Shown here one piece after another: positions 19,130-30,791 of a stretch of 64,000 bases of DNA. The notes beneath the pieces were generated by a model. The model searched no databases. It was not told the origin of the DNA and worked only from the letters and a program-made list of their open reading frames with translations. Both the position numbers and the translations under genes were made by a program. This DNA is from Parcubacteria group bacterium Gr01-1014_38 (GTDB taxonomy: Bacteria > Patescibacteriota > Andersenbacteria > UBA10190 > CAIZMI01). Positions within the stretch are counted from its first letter, which is position 1. The number at the start of each line of letters is the position of its first letter. The DNA lies in assembly GCA_007376145.1 (NCBI GenBank), contig VMFP01000002.1:8679-72678 (forward strand), given 5' to 3'.

Positions 19130-19767
19130 GCGGACATTCGTCCCGTACCCGAGATTTCGTTCGCCCGAGCGGCTTCACGCTCCTTGGCGTCCTCATCTCC
19201 GCGCTCTTCATTGTGCTCGTCGTGTCCGGCTTGGCGCTCACGGCCCAGCGCACCGGACAAGCCGCGCGCGCCACGAAGGAGCGGATGTTGGCGACGATGC
19301 TCGCACGGGAAGGCGTCGAGCTCGTGCGCGCCATCCGGGATAATAACTGGCTGTCCACCCCGCGCTGTCCGACGACCGGTCGGTGCGAGATCTACTGGCG
19401 GGGACAGGCCTCTGGACCCGGCGCGATCTGTAACGGGACCTTCCGCATTGATGCGGATAATCTCCAACTCGTTCCCGCGTCGGCCGGGAGCGAGGGGACA
19501 CGCCTGTCGCTCGTCGGGACGAGGTACCACCACGGCGGCGGCACGCCAACGCCGTTCCGGCGTTGGGTGATCATCGCGTCACCCGAGGGGGGATGCGGGG
19601 AGCCCTCCGTCTTTGTGCCGAACCCCTCGCCGGCGTCGCGGCCTCCGCAGCCGTTCGTCGCCCGCGTGATCGTCGTGTGGGACGTGCGGATGGAGGCGGA
19701 CTGCACGCCGGGCCGTCACTGCGTTGAGCTCCGCGAGGACTTGTACCCCTGGATGAACTTCCGATGA
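19126..19767 (+). CDS. Minor pilin/pseudopilin
   Basis: Leader MSGHSSRTRDFVRPSG/FTLLGVLISALFIVLVV. It overlaps the upstream gene's stop. Confidence 0.6.
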   Translation: MSGHSSRTRDFVRPSGFTLLGVLISALFIVLVVSGLALTAQRTGQAARATKERMLATMLAREGVELVRAIRDNNWLSTPRCPTTGRCEIYWRGQASGPGAICNGTFRIDADNLQLVPASAGSEGTRLSLVGTRYHHGGGTPTPFRRWVIIASPEGGCGEPSVFVPNPSPASRPPQPFVARVIVVWDVRMEADCTPGRHCVELREDLYPWMNFR

Positions 19768-20295
19768 ACACCCTGGGCGATCGGCGCAACGGATTCACCT
19801 TTGTTGAGGCGCTCATCGCCGTCACCATTTTTCTTATCCTCATGGGCGCGGTAGCGGGGATCTTTACCACGTTCACGCGCCAGCAGCGGAGAGGGTTTAC
19901 GCAGACTACCCTTCTCGGGGAAGCGCAGAACGCCGTGGAAGTGCTGGAGCGGGAAGTGCGTACCGGATTCTCGAATACCTTCTCCGGTTCCGGATCGAAC
20001 TTCAGTTTCAAGAATCAGAACGGTGTGCTCATCGCCTACCAGCTCTCCGGCACCCGCATCACGCGGCGGGCCATTCCTCCGGATGTCACTCTCCCGATCA
20101 CCTCCTCGGCGGTGGACATCCGCTCCTTGGAATTCACCGTTCGGACGCCGGGCGTGGACCTTGGAACTGCTCCGCAGGTCCCTCTCCTCACCGGAGAGCA
20201 GGGACGGGTGACCGTCCGCGTGCGCGTGTGTCCCAAGAGTATTGATGACGATCGCCAGTGCCTCCAACTGCAAACGACCTTAACGTCTCGCCAAT

Positions 20296-20312
<17 letters not shown>
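19764..20312 (+). CDS. Minor pilin/pseudopilin
   Basis: Leader MNTLGDRRNG/FTFVEALIAVTIFLIL. It overlaps the upstream stop (ATGA). Confidence 0.65.
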
Positions 20313-22801
<2,489 letters not shown>

Positions 22802-22879
22802 GACGTGGTTACCCAAAAGACGGGGCACAGCCGCGCGCTCTGGTCGCGCGGCCCACGCTATGCCAAAGTAGAGGACGTC

Positions 22880-23173
22880 ATGGGTGCCGGCAGTCAGCCA
22901 CGTTCGCTCGTTCCGCAGATTGCGGATTTGGCGCGGTTGGCACTGACCGATGACGAGGAGAAACGCTTGTCCTTGGAATTCCAGAGGATTGTCGAGTACG
23001 TCGATCAGGTACAAAAGGTCCAGGCTCCCGCCGAACCCCTGACCGCCACGATCAGTGGCGTGCGTCAGGTGCTGCGCGACGACGCGGTCACGTCGTCACC
23101 TCTCGCCGACGCGTTACTTCACTGCTCCCCGGAGACGGAACAGCGGCACGTACGTGTTCCGCCGGTGCTTTAA
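22880..23173 (+). CDS. gatC: Glu-tRNA(Gln)/Asp-tRNA(Asn) amidotransferase subunit C
   Basis: IADLARLALTDDEEKRLSLEFQRIVEYVDQV is the GatC signature. Internal ATG start at 22880; the track ORF starts at 22805. Confidence 0.75.
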   Translation: MGAGSQPRSLVPQIADLARLALTDDEEKRLSLEFQRIVEYVDQVQKVQAPAEPLTATISGVRQVLRDDAVTSSPLADALLHCSPETEQRHVRVPPVL

Positions 23174-23177
23174 GGCT

Positions 23178-24629
23178 ATGCCGTCCGTTATCCGCGACCT
23201 TCATGAGCGGCTCCTCCGGCGCGAGACGACTGCGGAGGGGCTCCTCGATCAATCGCTCGCCGCGATTCGGGACAAGGACGAGACGCTCCACAGCTTTCTC
23301 CACGTCGCGGAGGACACCGCGCGGGCTGCGGCGCGGCGTGCGGATGAGGAGTTTCAGGCGGGACGCGAAGAACTTCCGCTCCTCGCGGGTATTCCGTGCG
23401 CCATTAAAGACATGATCTGCGTGGCGGGGCTCCCGGCCACTGCGGGCTCCCGGGTCCTCGACGGCTTCGTGCCGCCCTACGACGCCACAGTCATCGAACG
23501 GCTGAAGGATCACGACGCGGTCATTGTTGGGAAAACAAATCTCGACGAGTTTGCGATGGGCTCAAGCACGGAGCACTCGGCGTTTGGGCCGACCCGGAAC
23601 CCGTATGACGAGGCCTTGGTTCCGGGAGGGTCGTCGGGTGGCAGTGCCGCTGCCGTCGCTGCGAACCTCGTGCCGTACGCTCTCGGGACCGACACGGGTG
23701 GGTCCATCCGTCAACCCGCGAGCTTCTGCGGCGTCGTGGGACTCAAGCCAACATACGGGCGAGTGAGCCGATACGGGATGATTGCGTTCGCGAGTTCGTT
23801 TGACCAGGCCGGACCACTCACCCGGACGGTGGAGGATGCCGCCATCGTCTACGAAGCGATTGCCGGAGAGGACCCCAGGGACGGAACGACGCTCCCAGGA
23901 TCTGTTCCCTCCGTCCGCGCTGCGCTCGAGGCAGGGGTCCAGGGGCTCCGTCTCGGCGTTCCCGAGGAGTACTTCGCCGAAGAAGGAGTCGATCCAAACG
24001 TTGCTCGGACTGTCCGTCACGCCCTTGGGGTGCTGGCCGGTCTCGGCGCCGAGGTGAGAGAGGTTTCCCTGCCACTCACCGGCGTGGCGCTCGCGGTGTA
24101 CTACATTCTTGCCACCGCGGAGGCGAGCACGAACCTCGCCCGATATGACGGTGTTCGCTTTGGCCGTCGCGTGCCGGGGAGAACGCTCGATGACGTGTAC
24201 CGGCGGACGCGGGGAACGGGATTCGGTGCCGAAGTGAAGCGGCGCATTCTCCTGGGCACCTTTGCCCTGTCCGCCGGATACGCCGACCAGTACTACCGAA
24301 AAGCCGCGGCAGTACGGCAAGCGATTGCGCGAGAGTACGCACAGGCGTTTGAGACCGTGGACATTCTCCTTTCTCCCGCCACGCCCGAAGTCGCATTCCG
24401 AATCGGCGAGAAGCTTCAAGATCCTCTCCGGATGTACGCATCGGATATTCTCTCCGTTCCGATGAATGTCGCGGGCGCCCCCGCCCTGGTGGTGCCCTGT
24501 GGTTCGGTGGACGGGCTCCCCGTCGGGCTCCAAATCATTGCACCCCTCGGCCGCGAAGATCTGCTCTTCCGTGTCGGCGCTGCGTATGAGCGGAGGAGAT
24601 CGGAGACGGAGGGGAAGAAAGATCCGTGA
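23178..24629 (+). CDS. gatA: Glu-tRNA(Gln) amidotransferase subunit A
   Basis: Amidase signature GGSSGGSAAAVA and the catalytic Ser-cisSer-Lys context. Starts 4 nt after the gatC stop. Confidence 0.9.
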   Translation: MPSVIRDLHERLLRRETTAEGLLDQSLAAIRDKDETLHSFLHVAEDTARAAARRADEEFQAGREELPLLAGIPCAIKDMICVAGLPATAGSRVLDGFVPPYDATVIERLKDHDAVIVGKTNLDEFAMGSSTEHSAFGPTRNPYDEALVPGGSSGGSAAAVAANLVPYALGTDTGGSIRQPASFCGVVGLKPTYGRVSRYGMIAFASSFDQAGPLTRTVEDAAIVYEAIAGEDPRDGTTLPGSVPSVRAALEAGVQGLRLGVPEEYFAEEGVDPNVARTVRHALGVLAGLGAEVREVSLPLTGVALAVYYILATAEASTNLARYDGVRFGRRVPGRTLDDVYRRTRGTGFGAEVKRRILLGTFALSAGYADQYYRKAAAVRQAIAREYAQAFETVDILLSPATPEVAFRIGEKLQDPLRMYASDILSVPMNVAGAPALVVPCGSVDGLPVGLQIIAPLGREDLLFRVGAAYERRRSETEGKKDP

Positions 24630-24777
24630 TGCCGTTTTGGCCCAGCGCCCCGGTGTGGTATGTTCCGTGTACCACCGTGCGGCGATCTGCCTTTCTCTAT
24701 CAGGGGGACGGAAGCACGCCCGTGCCGCTCTGGGCAGCAGATCGTCATGAGCGTCGCGGACCCCGCGCACCGGCGGC

Positions 24778-26205
24778 ATGAACCGATCGGACCCCGTGCA
24801 TACGTGGCGAGAAGCGAGCGACGCATTCTTTTTGGCGGTTCTGCTGATCGCTGTTGTTTCTGTTGCCGGGTCTGTCCTCACCTTAACCAGATTTTCGCAG
24901 GATCTCGGACCGGTGAGTGCAACGGCAACTCCGGAGAATGGCGGTCCACCGCCGCCCCCGCCACCTCCACCGCCCCCGCCTCCACCACCGCCTCCCCCGC
25001 CACCTCCACCGCCCCCGCCTCCACCACCTCCACCCATCGGTGGGCCGCCACCGCCCCCACCGATTGGTGGTCCGCCCCCGCCTATCGGGGGTCCTCCGCC
25101 ACCGCCGATTGGCGGGCCCCCACCGCCAGACGGCATCGTGCCGCCACCGGTCGGCGTCGGGCCTCCCCAACCTCTTCCGGGGCCGTTCGCCACGGCGCCG
25201 TTCACCGCGTCTTCGGTGATCACTGCTCTCGGTCCTGGCAGGCGGCCTATGCTCAACGTTGCGGCGTTCGTCGCCGTCGTGGCGGCGACGCTCACTGCCG
25301 CGAGTACCGCGCTTCTTGCTGCTGCCGCTCTTCCCGGGGGCTTCGTCAGCCTCCCCCAATCGCTCTTCCCTTTTCTTGCCTTGCATCGTCCCCGCCGGTC
25401 TTGGGGTCGGATCGTCGAGGAGCGCACGAACCTTCCGGTGGCGGGCGCCGTCGTCACGATCCTCGATATGTCAGGAAAGCCGCGGGAGACCGTCTCTTCC
25501 CGGAGCGACGGCACCTTTGGAGCGCTCCTTCCTCGCGGTTCCTATCAGCTCTCCATGCAGCACACCGACTTCGCGTTCACGAGCGCGCCAGAAGGCGTCG
25601 TGCTTTTTCCGGAAGAGCGACTCTACACGGGCGGGTTCCTCCGGGTGGAAGACGAGGAGCAGATGGTGCCCGCGCTTTCCCTCGTCATCGGTATGAGACC
25701 CACCCGGGTCCGACGCCAAGTCCTCCGGGGCGCCTTCCGTTCCTTCCTGGAGCGCCTTCGGGTCCTTCAGGCTCGTCTCGCTCTTCCCGTCCTTCTCACC
25801 GGTGCCGCAATCAATTCTGTCGCTCTCGTGCTGAATCCCACCCCTCTCCTCGTGAGCTACGAGATTCTCTACGGTGTCTTCCTCACCTTTGAGCTTCTCC
25901 TCTCCCGCGTCGCCCGCCGCGCCCTCGGACGCGTCCGCGACGCTGTGACGCGCAGCCGTGTGGGTCTTGCCGTCGTCCGCCTCATGGATATGAAGACGCG
26001 GCGCCTCGTGGAGACCCGCGTCACCTCGTCTCGCGGAAGCTTCCTCTTGATGCCCCCGCCCGGGCGGTACCGCCTGCAGGTGGCTCACGCCGCCTACACT
26101 CCCTACACGAGCGATCTCCTCCGCATCGGCCGTGGAAGAACGAGTGCCGTCCGCCTGAACGTGGACCTGGAGCCCGGAAGCATGGCCGGGGCGCAGGCGA
26201 TCTGA
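24778..26205 (+). CDS. Membrane-anchored surface protein with a 30-residue polyproline run, IGGPPPP repeats and two CarboxypepD_reg-like beta-sandwich repeats
   Basis: N-terminal TM FFLAVLLIAVVSVAGSVL. DNA 24946-25035 encodes 30 consecutive Pro. Downstream segments VAGAVVTILDMSGKP...DGTF and VGLAVVRLMD...RGSF resemble carboxypeptidase regulatory-like domains. Confidence 0.6.
   Translation: MNRSDPVHTWREASDAFFLAVLLIAVVSVAGSVLTLTRFSQDLGPVSATATPENGGPPPPPPPPPPPPPPPPPPPPPPPPPPPPPPIGGPPPPPPIGGPPPPIGGPPPPPIGGPPPPDGIVPPPVGVGPPQPLPGPFATAPFTASSVITALGPGRRPMLNVAAFVAVVAATLTAASTALLAAAALPGGFVSLPQSLFPFLALHRPRRSWGRIVEERTNLPVAGAVVTILDMSGKPRETVSSRSDGTFGALLPRGSYQLSMQHTDFAFTSAPEGVVLFPEERLYTGGFLRVEDEEQMVPALSLVIGMRPTRVRRQVLRGAFRSFLERLRVLQARLALPVLLTGAAINSVALVLNPTPLLVSYEILYGVFLTFELLLSRVARRALGRVRDAVTRSRVGLAVVRLMDMKTRRLVETRVTSSRGSFLLMPPPGRYRLQVAHAAYTPYTSDLLRIGRGRTSAVRLNVDLEPGSMAGAQAI
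24946..25182 (+). repeat. Low-complexity CCN-repeat DNA encoding poly-Pro/IGGPPPP on the + strand and poly-Gly on the - strand
   Basis: Seen directly in the sequence. Confidence 0.9.
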
Positions 26206-26223
26206 TCTTCCAAAATCCTGTGG

Positions 26224-27819
26224 TCAGAGCAGACTGGCGAGGAGACTCTGCGCCGTCATCTCCGGGGGTTTGGGAAGACCAAGAATTTCCACGACGGTCG
26301 GGCCAACGTCCGCCAGTACACCGATCGGCGTACCAAGAATCCGGAAAAGCGCCTCGTCGGTTTTCGGCGGATTCTGCTGATTCTGCGACGCGAGGTAGGC
26401 GAGGGGGACCGGATTGACAGAGTGGTCGGTCACGACCGCTCCGGTCTGCGGGTTCCGCATTTCCTCCGCGTTCCCGTGGTCGCAGGTGAGGAGCACAGCA
26501 CCGCCCGCCGAAAGCGCGGCGCTGACCACCCGCGGGAGTTGCGTGTCGAGGAATCGGAGCGCTTCCACCGCTGCCTCAAAGTTTCCTGTGTGCCCGAGCA
26601 TGTCCGGGTTCGCGTAGTTCATGACGATGACGTCGTACTTCCCCTTCGCGATTTCCCCGACCACCTGGTCGGTGATCGCTTCGGCGCTCATGCGGGGTGT
26701 TTCCACATACTCTTTCACGTTCGGCGAGGGGACGAGGATCCGGTCCTCGTTCGGGAAGGGCAGCTCGCGCCCGCTGTTGAAATAGTACGTCACGTGGGCG
26801 TACTTCTCCGTTTCCGCAACGCGGAGCTGGCGGAGTCCGTGGTCGGCAATCACGCGGCCGACCGGCATATCCATCCACTCTTCGGGGAAGGCGACGGTGA
26901 CCGGGAGACCCTTCTCGTACTCTGCCATGGTGATGAAGGCAAGGTCGGCGAACGGCACCGCCTTGAACCTACCGAAGTTCTTCGCCACGAACGCATGCGT
27001 CAGCTGGCGCGCGCGGTCGGGGCGGAAGTTAAAGAACAGAATCGCATCACCATCGCGGATGGTACGCACAGGCCCGTTGTCTGTGATGACCGAGGGCGGG
27101 ACAATTTCGTCCGTTTTGCGACTCTCGTACGCAGCCTCCAGCGCCTCCTGCCAGGACCGGTACGGGGTGCCGGTCCCCGAGACGAGAAGATCGTAGGCGG
27201 CGCGGGTGCGGTCCCAATTGTTATTGCGATCCATCGCGTAGTACCGCCCGATGAGCGTCGCGATGCGCCCCGCCCCCGTCCGGCGAATCGTCTTATCCAC
27301 GTCGACCAAGTACTGTCCCGCACTCACCGGCGGCGCATCGCGCCCATCGAGGAAGGCATGGATGAACGTCTGCTTCCCGATCCCCTGCTGGGCGGCGAAT
27401 TCGAGAAGGGCCAGGAGATGCTGGAGGTGACTGTGGACACCCCCGGGGGAGACGCACCCCATGAGGTGGAGCACCGAACCCGGTCGCTCCTTCACGTGCG
27501 CGGAGGCCTCCTGGAATGCCACGTTCTGAAAGAACGTGCGGTCTTGGATGGCAAGGGTGATCTGCGGGAGCGGCTGGTAGATCACGCGTCCGGAGCCGAT
27601 GTTCTTGTGGCCGACTTCGGAATTGCCCACCTCTCCCCAGGGCAACCCAACCTCGATGCCCGCAGCGCGAATTGCCGCGCAGGGGTAAGTGCGGAGGTAG
27701 TTCTGGAGGTTCGTCATTTGCGCCGCGAGGACCGCGTTTCCCTCCTGAAAGAAGGAAATCCCAAACCCATCAAGAATCATGAGAACGAGCGGTCGCGGGC
27801 GCGATGCGGGACTGGCCAT
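26224..27819 (-). CDS. gpmI: 2,3-bisphosphoglycerate-independent phosphoglycerate mutase
   Basis: LVLMILDGFG, EVGHKNIGSGR and other iPGM motifs. Start taken at MASPASRP (27819) rather than the track's 27960. Confidence 0.85.
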   Translation of the reverse strand: MASPASRPRPLVLMILDGFGISFFQEGNAVLAAQMTNLQNYLRTYPCAAIRAAGIEVGLPWGEVGNSEVGHKNIGSGRVIYQPLPQITLAIQDRTFFQNVAFQEASAHVKERPGSVLHLMGCVSPGGVHSHLQHLLALLEFAAQQGIGKQTFIHAFLDGRDAPPVSAGQYLVDVDKTIRRTGAGRIATLIGRYYAMDRNNNWDRTRAAYDLLVSGTGTPYRSWQEALEAAYESRKTDEIVPPSVITDNGPVRTIRDGDAILFFNFRPDRARQLTHAFVAKNFGRFKAVPFADLAFITMAEYEKGLPVTVAFPEEWMDMPVGRVIADHGLRQLRVAETEKYAHVTYYFNSGRELPFPNEDRILVPSPNVKEYVETPRMSAEAITDQVVGEIAKGKYDVIVMNYANPDMLGHTGNFEAAVEALRFLDTQLPRVVSAALSAGGAVLLTCDHGNAEEMRNPQTGAVVTDHSVNPVPLAYLASQNQQNPPKTDEALFRILGTPIGVLADVGPTVVEILGLPKPPEMTAQSLLASLL

Positions 27820-27925
27820 GAGTGTCAGTATAGCTGCTCGCCTAAGGGGGGCTTGTCCGGACCCGCCCTGTGCGCTATGCTCGATCTGTCCCTGGGGTAT
27901 GCCCCTTGGACCACAGAACAACCGA

Positions 27926-28000
27926 CGCCGGGTGGAGAAGTGGCATCTCGCCAGGCCCATAACCTGGAGATCGCGGGTTCAAATCCCGCCCCGGCCACCA
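27926..28000 (+). tRNA. tRNA-Met (CAT) with initiator-like features: unpaired C1:C72 and A11:U24
   Basis: Acceptor CGCCGGG/CCCGGCC, D-arm GAGA-AGTGGCA-TCTC, anticodon stem-loop CCAGG-CCCATAA-CCTGG, T-arm GCGGG-TTCAAAT-CCCGC, discriminator A plus CCA. Coordinates are +/-1 because of a one-base inconsistency between the displayed text and the ORF track. Confidence 0.7.
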
Positions 28001-28005
28001 GCAGG

Positions 28006-28038
28006 AAATGATCCCAAGGACCTGGGGATCATTTCCTT
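28006..28038 (+). terminator. Hairpin AAATGATCCCA-aggacc-TGGGGATCATTT followed by TCCTTGT, just after the tRNA
   Basis: ~10-bp stem plus a T-rich tail, seen in the sequence. Confidence 0.4.
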
Positions 28039-28165
28039 GTGGGGATTGCAGAGCAGAGGCGCCGAACCAGGCGGACGGGAGGCCGCTTGTCAGACAGCGG
28101 CCTCTGCGTTGTGCGGACCAACACGTTGCGTCGGCAATGCATCTTCCGTACACTCCTTCCGGCTG

Positions 28166-28240
28166 GGCTGGGTAGCTCAGTGGCAGAGCATCGCACTCAT
28201 AAGGCGAAGGTCGTGGGTTCGATCCCCACCCCAGCTACCA
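28166..28240 (+). tRNA. tRNA-Met (CAT), elongator type (could alternatively be tRNA-Ile2 decoded via lysidine)
   Basis: Acceptor GGCTGGG/CCCAGCT (G1.U72), D-arm GCTC-AGTGGCA-GAGC (C11:G24), anticodon loop CTCATAA, T-arm GTGGG-TTCGATC-CCCAC, encoded CCA. Confidence 0.8.
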
Positions 28241-28242
28241 AA

Positions 28243-28282
28243 GAAAAAAGGCCGTGTCTCGAATAATCGAGGCGTGCCTATC
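28243..28282 (-). terminator. Imperfect hairpin plus T-run (read on the minus strand) ending the minus-strand island operon, abutting the tRNA-Met 3' end
   Basis: The minus-strand reading ggcacgcctcgattattcgagacacggcc is followed by tttttt. Confidence 0.3.
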
Positions 28283-28296
28283 AAGGAGAGCAGAAG

Positions 28297-28479
28297 TCAT
28301 CCTTGAGTTAGTTCGAGAAGCGACCGAAGGTACTGCTCATATTCAGGTCGTAGGCGAAGGTACTCCTTTACCCACTCTTCGGCGGCTTCGGGGTATTCAA
28401 TGGCCGCCACACACTCTTCAATCGTCGGCAGGCGGTCATGAGGAAAGTTCGTCTTCAGGTACTTTTCCAGGATGCTCAC
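28297..28479 (-). CDS. Small acidic hypothetical protein (60 aa), GTG start
   Basis: ORF in the low-GC island, translationally coupled to the upstream 235-aa gene by a 3-nt gap. Confidence 0.35.
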   Translation of the reverse strand: MSILEKYLKTNFPHDRLPTIEECVAAIEYPEAAEEWVKEYLRLRPEYEQYLRSLLELTQG

Positions 28480-28482
28480 GGT

Positions 28483-29190
28483 TTATTCTCCTGTGGTTGA
28501 GGGTTGGCGGCTCATGTACTTCTCAAGAATCTTTTTCGCCGCATCGTAGTCAACGTGCTCTGCAGCGGGTGGCCCCGCGCGGAGACCTGCTGCTAGGAGT
28601 AGTTCCAGGTGCTCACGCGGCACAGTGTGCAGCGTATCAGCATCAACCACTGTCTCGGCTCGCCAGGCGAAGGGGAGGTCTTTCAGCGCAGTGGTCAGAG
28701 TGGTACTAATACTCACCCGTGCGTGCAGGCGTTCAGTCCAGTCGTGTATGTTCTCTTCATTGTGGCGTTGGAGGCTGCGGTGCAGCCGCAGAGCGGCAGC
28801 CAGTGCTGTGTGAAGTGCCTTGTCGCCAGTGAAAAGCGCAACACAGGCATCCTGCCATACACGATACTGTTCGGACTCCATCTCAAAGGCGGGCAGTGTG
28901 TCGCGGGTGTCTAGGACAACACCGTCGTGCCGTCGCAGTGCGTAGTAGCAGAAGTGGTAGAAGGTTTTGTCTTTCTGCTCAATCGCGAGCAAAACATTTT
29001 CGCAGGGGTTAGCGAGAAGATGTTCGCACCGTTCTGGTGCTCCATCTTCAGCAACTACTATCGCAGCACTATAGCCTTGCGGCGTTGCCTGGCGACTCTT
29101 TTCTTCCAAACGTTCCGCGACCTGAGCGAAGTTCTCCCTTCCTGCCAAAACGAGATACGGACGCAGGTTGGCGTGAAGTTGGCCACTCAT
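28483..29190 (-). CDS. Hypothetical protein (235 aa)
   Basis: Low-GC island ORF. No recognisable motifs. Confidence 0.45.
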   Translation of the reverse strand: MSGQLHANLRPYLVLAGRENFAQVAERLEEKSRQATPQGYSAAIVVAEDGAPERCEHLLANPCENVLLAIEQKDKTFYHFCYYALRRHDGVVLDTRDTLPAFEMESEQYRVWQDACVALFTGDKALHTALAAALRLHRSLQRHNEENIHDWTERLHARVSISTTLTTALKDLPFAWRAETVVDADTLHTVPREHLELLLAAGLRAGPPAAEHVDYDAAKKILEKYMSRQPSTTGE

Positions 29191-29597
29191 TTGTATTCTC
29201 CTGTGAAAGAACGTGTGTTTTATCGGTCTGTTTTTATCCTACTGTCATAGTATGGCGTGGTCATTCAATAAAGCAAGGAGTTTTGTTTTTGGATGGCTAC
29301 CCTAAAACGCAAGAGGCTACCCCCGTTGGGGGGAGGGTACCCCCACCATAGGGGGTGGTTCCAAACCACTTTCAAACTCCAGATGGGTGCGGCACTATGA
29401 GAGTTGAGGGGCAGGCTTCAGCGTACCAACGCCACTAAAGATGTCCTTCAAATCGGCTAACTCCTTGCATAACCTGTTCCAATGAGTTCTCATTACGTCT
29501 ACCAACGTAGATTTTCGCTTCGGGAAGTGCTAAAAAAGAGTTACCTGGTCGTTCTTTTGCCAACCACATACCTCAAACAAGCGAGAGGAGAACCCTT

Positions 29598-30179
29598 ATG
29601 CAGCTTGTCCAAGACTACCGTATCCGTGAAGTGCACGGCACGCACTTCTCAAATGCCCCCTTCCGGTTTCTGCTGGAAACCGTCACTGACGGCTTTCCCA
29701 AAGACGCAGGCGAGCTAGTGTTCGACAAGGAAACGTGCGAACGGCATGGCATTTCACCTTCCCTTGATCTGGTGAACCGCAAACTGCGCTGTACGCTGAG
29801 GCCTCGTGTTCTCAAACGGAACACTGGCGGTCGTAAAGGCGATGAATGGTCGTTCCCTGATAGGCAAGACGTTCAGTCTGACGATATACTCATCAGTCAG
29901 ATCAGACGCGATGAAAAGTGGACACCCGAGTACAACGTCGGCGCGCCCCACGATGCCTTGAGGCAGGAGATCCATTACCACCTCTACGCCTACTCGGATG
30001 ACGGCACGGATGGAATCCACCCTTCACCAACCAACTGTCCGCTGTACAATCTCACGGTTGAGCTAACAGAGGATCAGTTTAGGGAGTGTACACAGTTTGC
30101 CCCTGGCACGGTGCTTAATGTCAGCTTCGCTCTGCTTCCGCCCGAACCCAAGCCAGCTACCGAAGAGGAGAAACAATGA
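29598..30179 (+). CDS. Hypothetical protein (193 aa)
   Basis: Low-GC island ORF with an RBS GAGAGGAGAA before the ATG. No recognisable motifs. Confidence 0.45.
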   Translation: MQLVQDYRIREVHGTHFSNAPFRFLLETVTDGFPKDAGELVFDKETCERHGISPSLDLVNRKLRCTLRPRVLKRNTGGRKGDEWSFPDRQDVQSDDILISQIRRDEKWTPEYNVGAPHDALRQEIHYHLYAYSDDGTDGIHPSPTNCPLYNLTVELTEDQFRECTQFAPGTVLNVSFALLPPEPKPATEEEKQ

Positions 30180-30535
30180 ACTGGCCAGCTGAGATTTTCG
30201 ACGCTTTCTCAGAAGCAGTAGACGTTGATCCTGTTCCTGGCAGTAGTAAAGAGGAGGTTATCCAGTATCTCCTTGTCGAAACCGCGCGACGAGCGGTCTG
30301 GCGAGCGAAAGCTGATCCCACTAAGCTCGATGCTGCCTACCGTGCGCCTTACACGCCACTAGGATCAGTGAGTGTCGAGGGAATGATCAGCAAAGGTCTC
30401 AAAGCCAAGAGTATGACGATCAAGCCCGCCTGGCATGAAGCAGTGGATCGTCTCTACGCTTTCGTGGCTGACAACCCTCAACTGATCTGCGATCAGTTCA
30501 AGGATCAGCAGGTTGAGTACTGTGATGCAATCTGA
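30176..30535 (+). CDS. Hypothetical acidic protein (119 aa)
   Basis: Overlaps the upstream stop (ATGA). Followed by the terminator. Confidence 0.45.
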   Translation: MNWPAEIFDAFSEAVDVDPVPGSSKEEVIQYLLVETARRAVWRAKADPTKLDAAYRAPYTPLGSVSVEGMISKGLKAKSMTIKPAWHEAVDRLYAFVADNPQLICDQFKDQQVEYCDAI

Positions 30536-30542
30536 TCATACA

Positions 30543-30575
30543 CCGCCAAAGCAAGAAGCAGAGGCGGTTTTTTTA
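30543..30575 (+). terminator. Rho-independent terminator CCGCC-N15-GGCGG followed by TTTTTTT
   Basis: Seen in the sequence. Confidence 0.45.
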
Positions 30576-30791
30576 TCTACGCGTTATTGTAGGCCAGCGC
30601 GTATGTGCCTGACATTAATCTTTCTCTGAACCGCCACATTCGCTCCATCGAGCGTAGAATCGAGTTCAATTTTCTGGTAACGTGGGCTACCATGAGACAG
30701 ATTTGAAGTGAAACGCAGCGGACGGAATTCCCGTATTCCGCGTTGCGACGATACCCCGCCGTCGGCCCTACCATTGGAGTAACGTAGAACT

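Noticed and set aside
17393-19533. 364-aa and 521-aa minus-strand ORFs
   Set aside because: Antisense to pilA, pilD and the minor pilins. Low-complexity Arg/Gly-rich.
23562-25514. 650-aa minus-strand ORF containing a long poly-Gly run
   Set aside because: It overlaps most of gatA on the opposite strand. The poly-Gly is the antisense reading of the CCN repeat that encodes the polyproline protein. It is a GC-driven artefact.
26422-28011. 529-aa plus-strand ORF
   Set aside because: Antisense to gpmI and running through the tRNA-Met gene.
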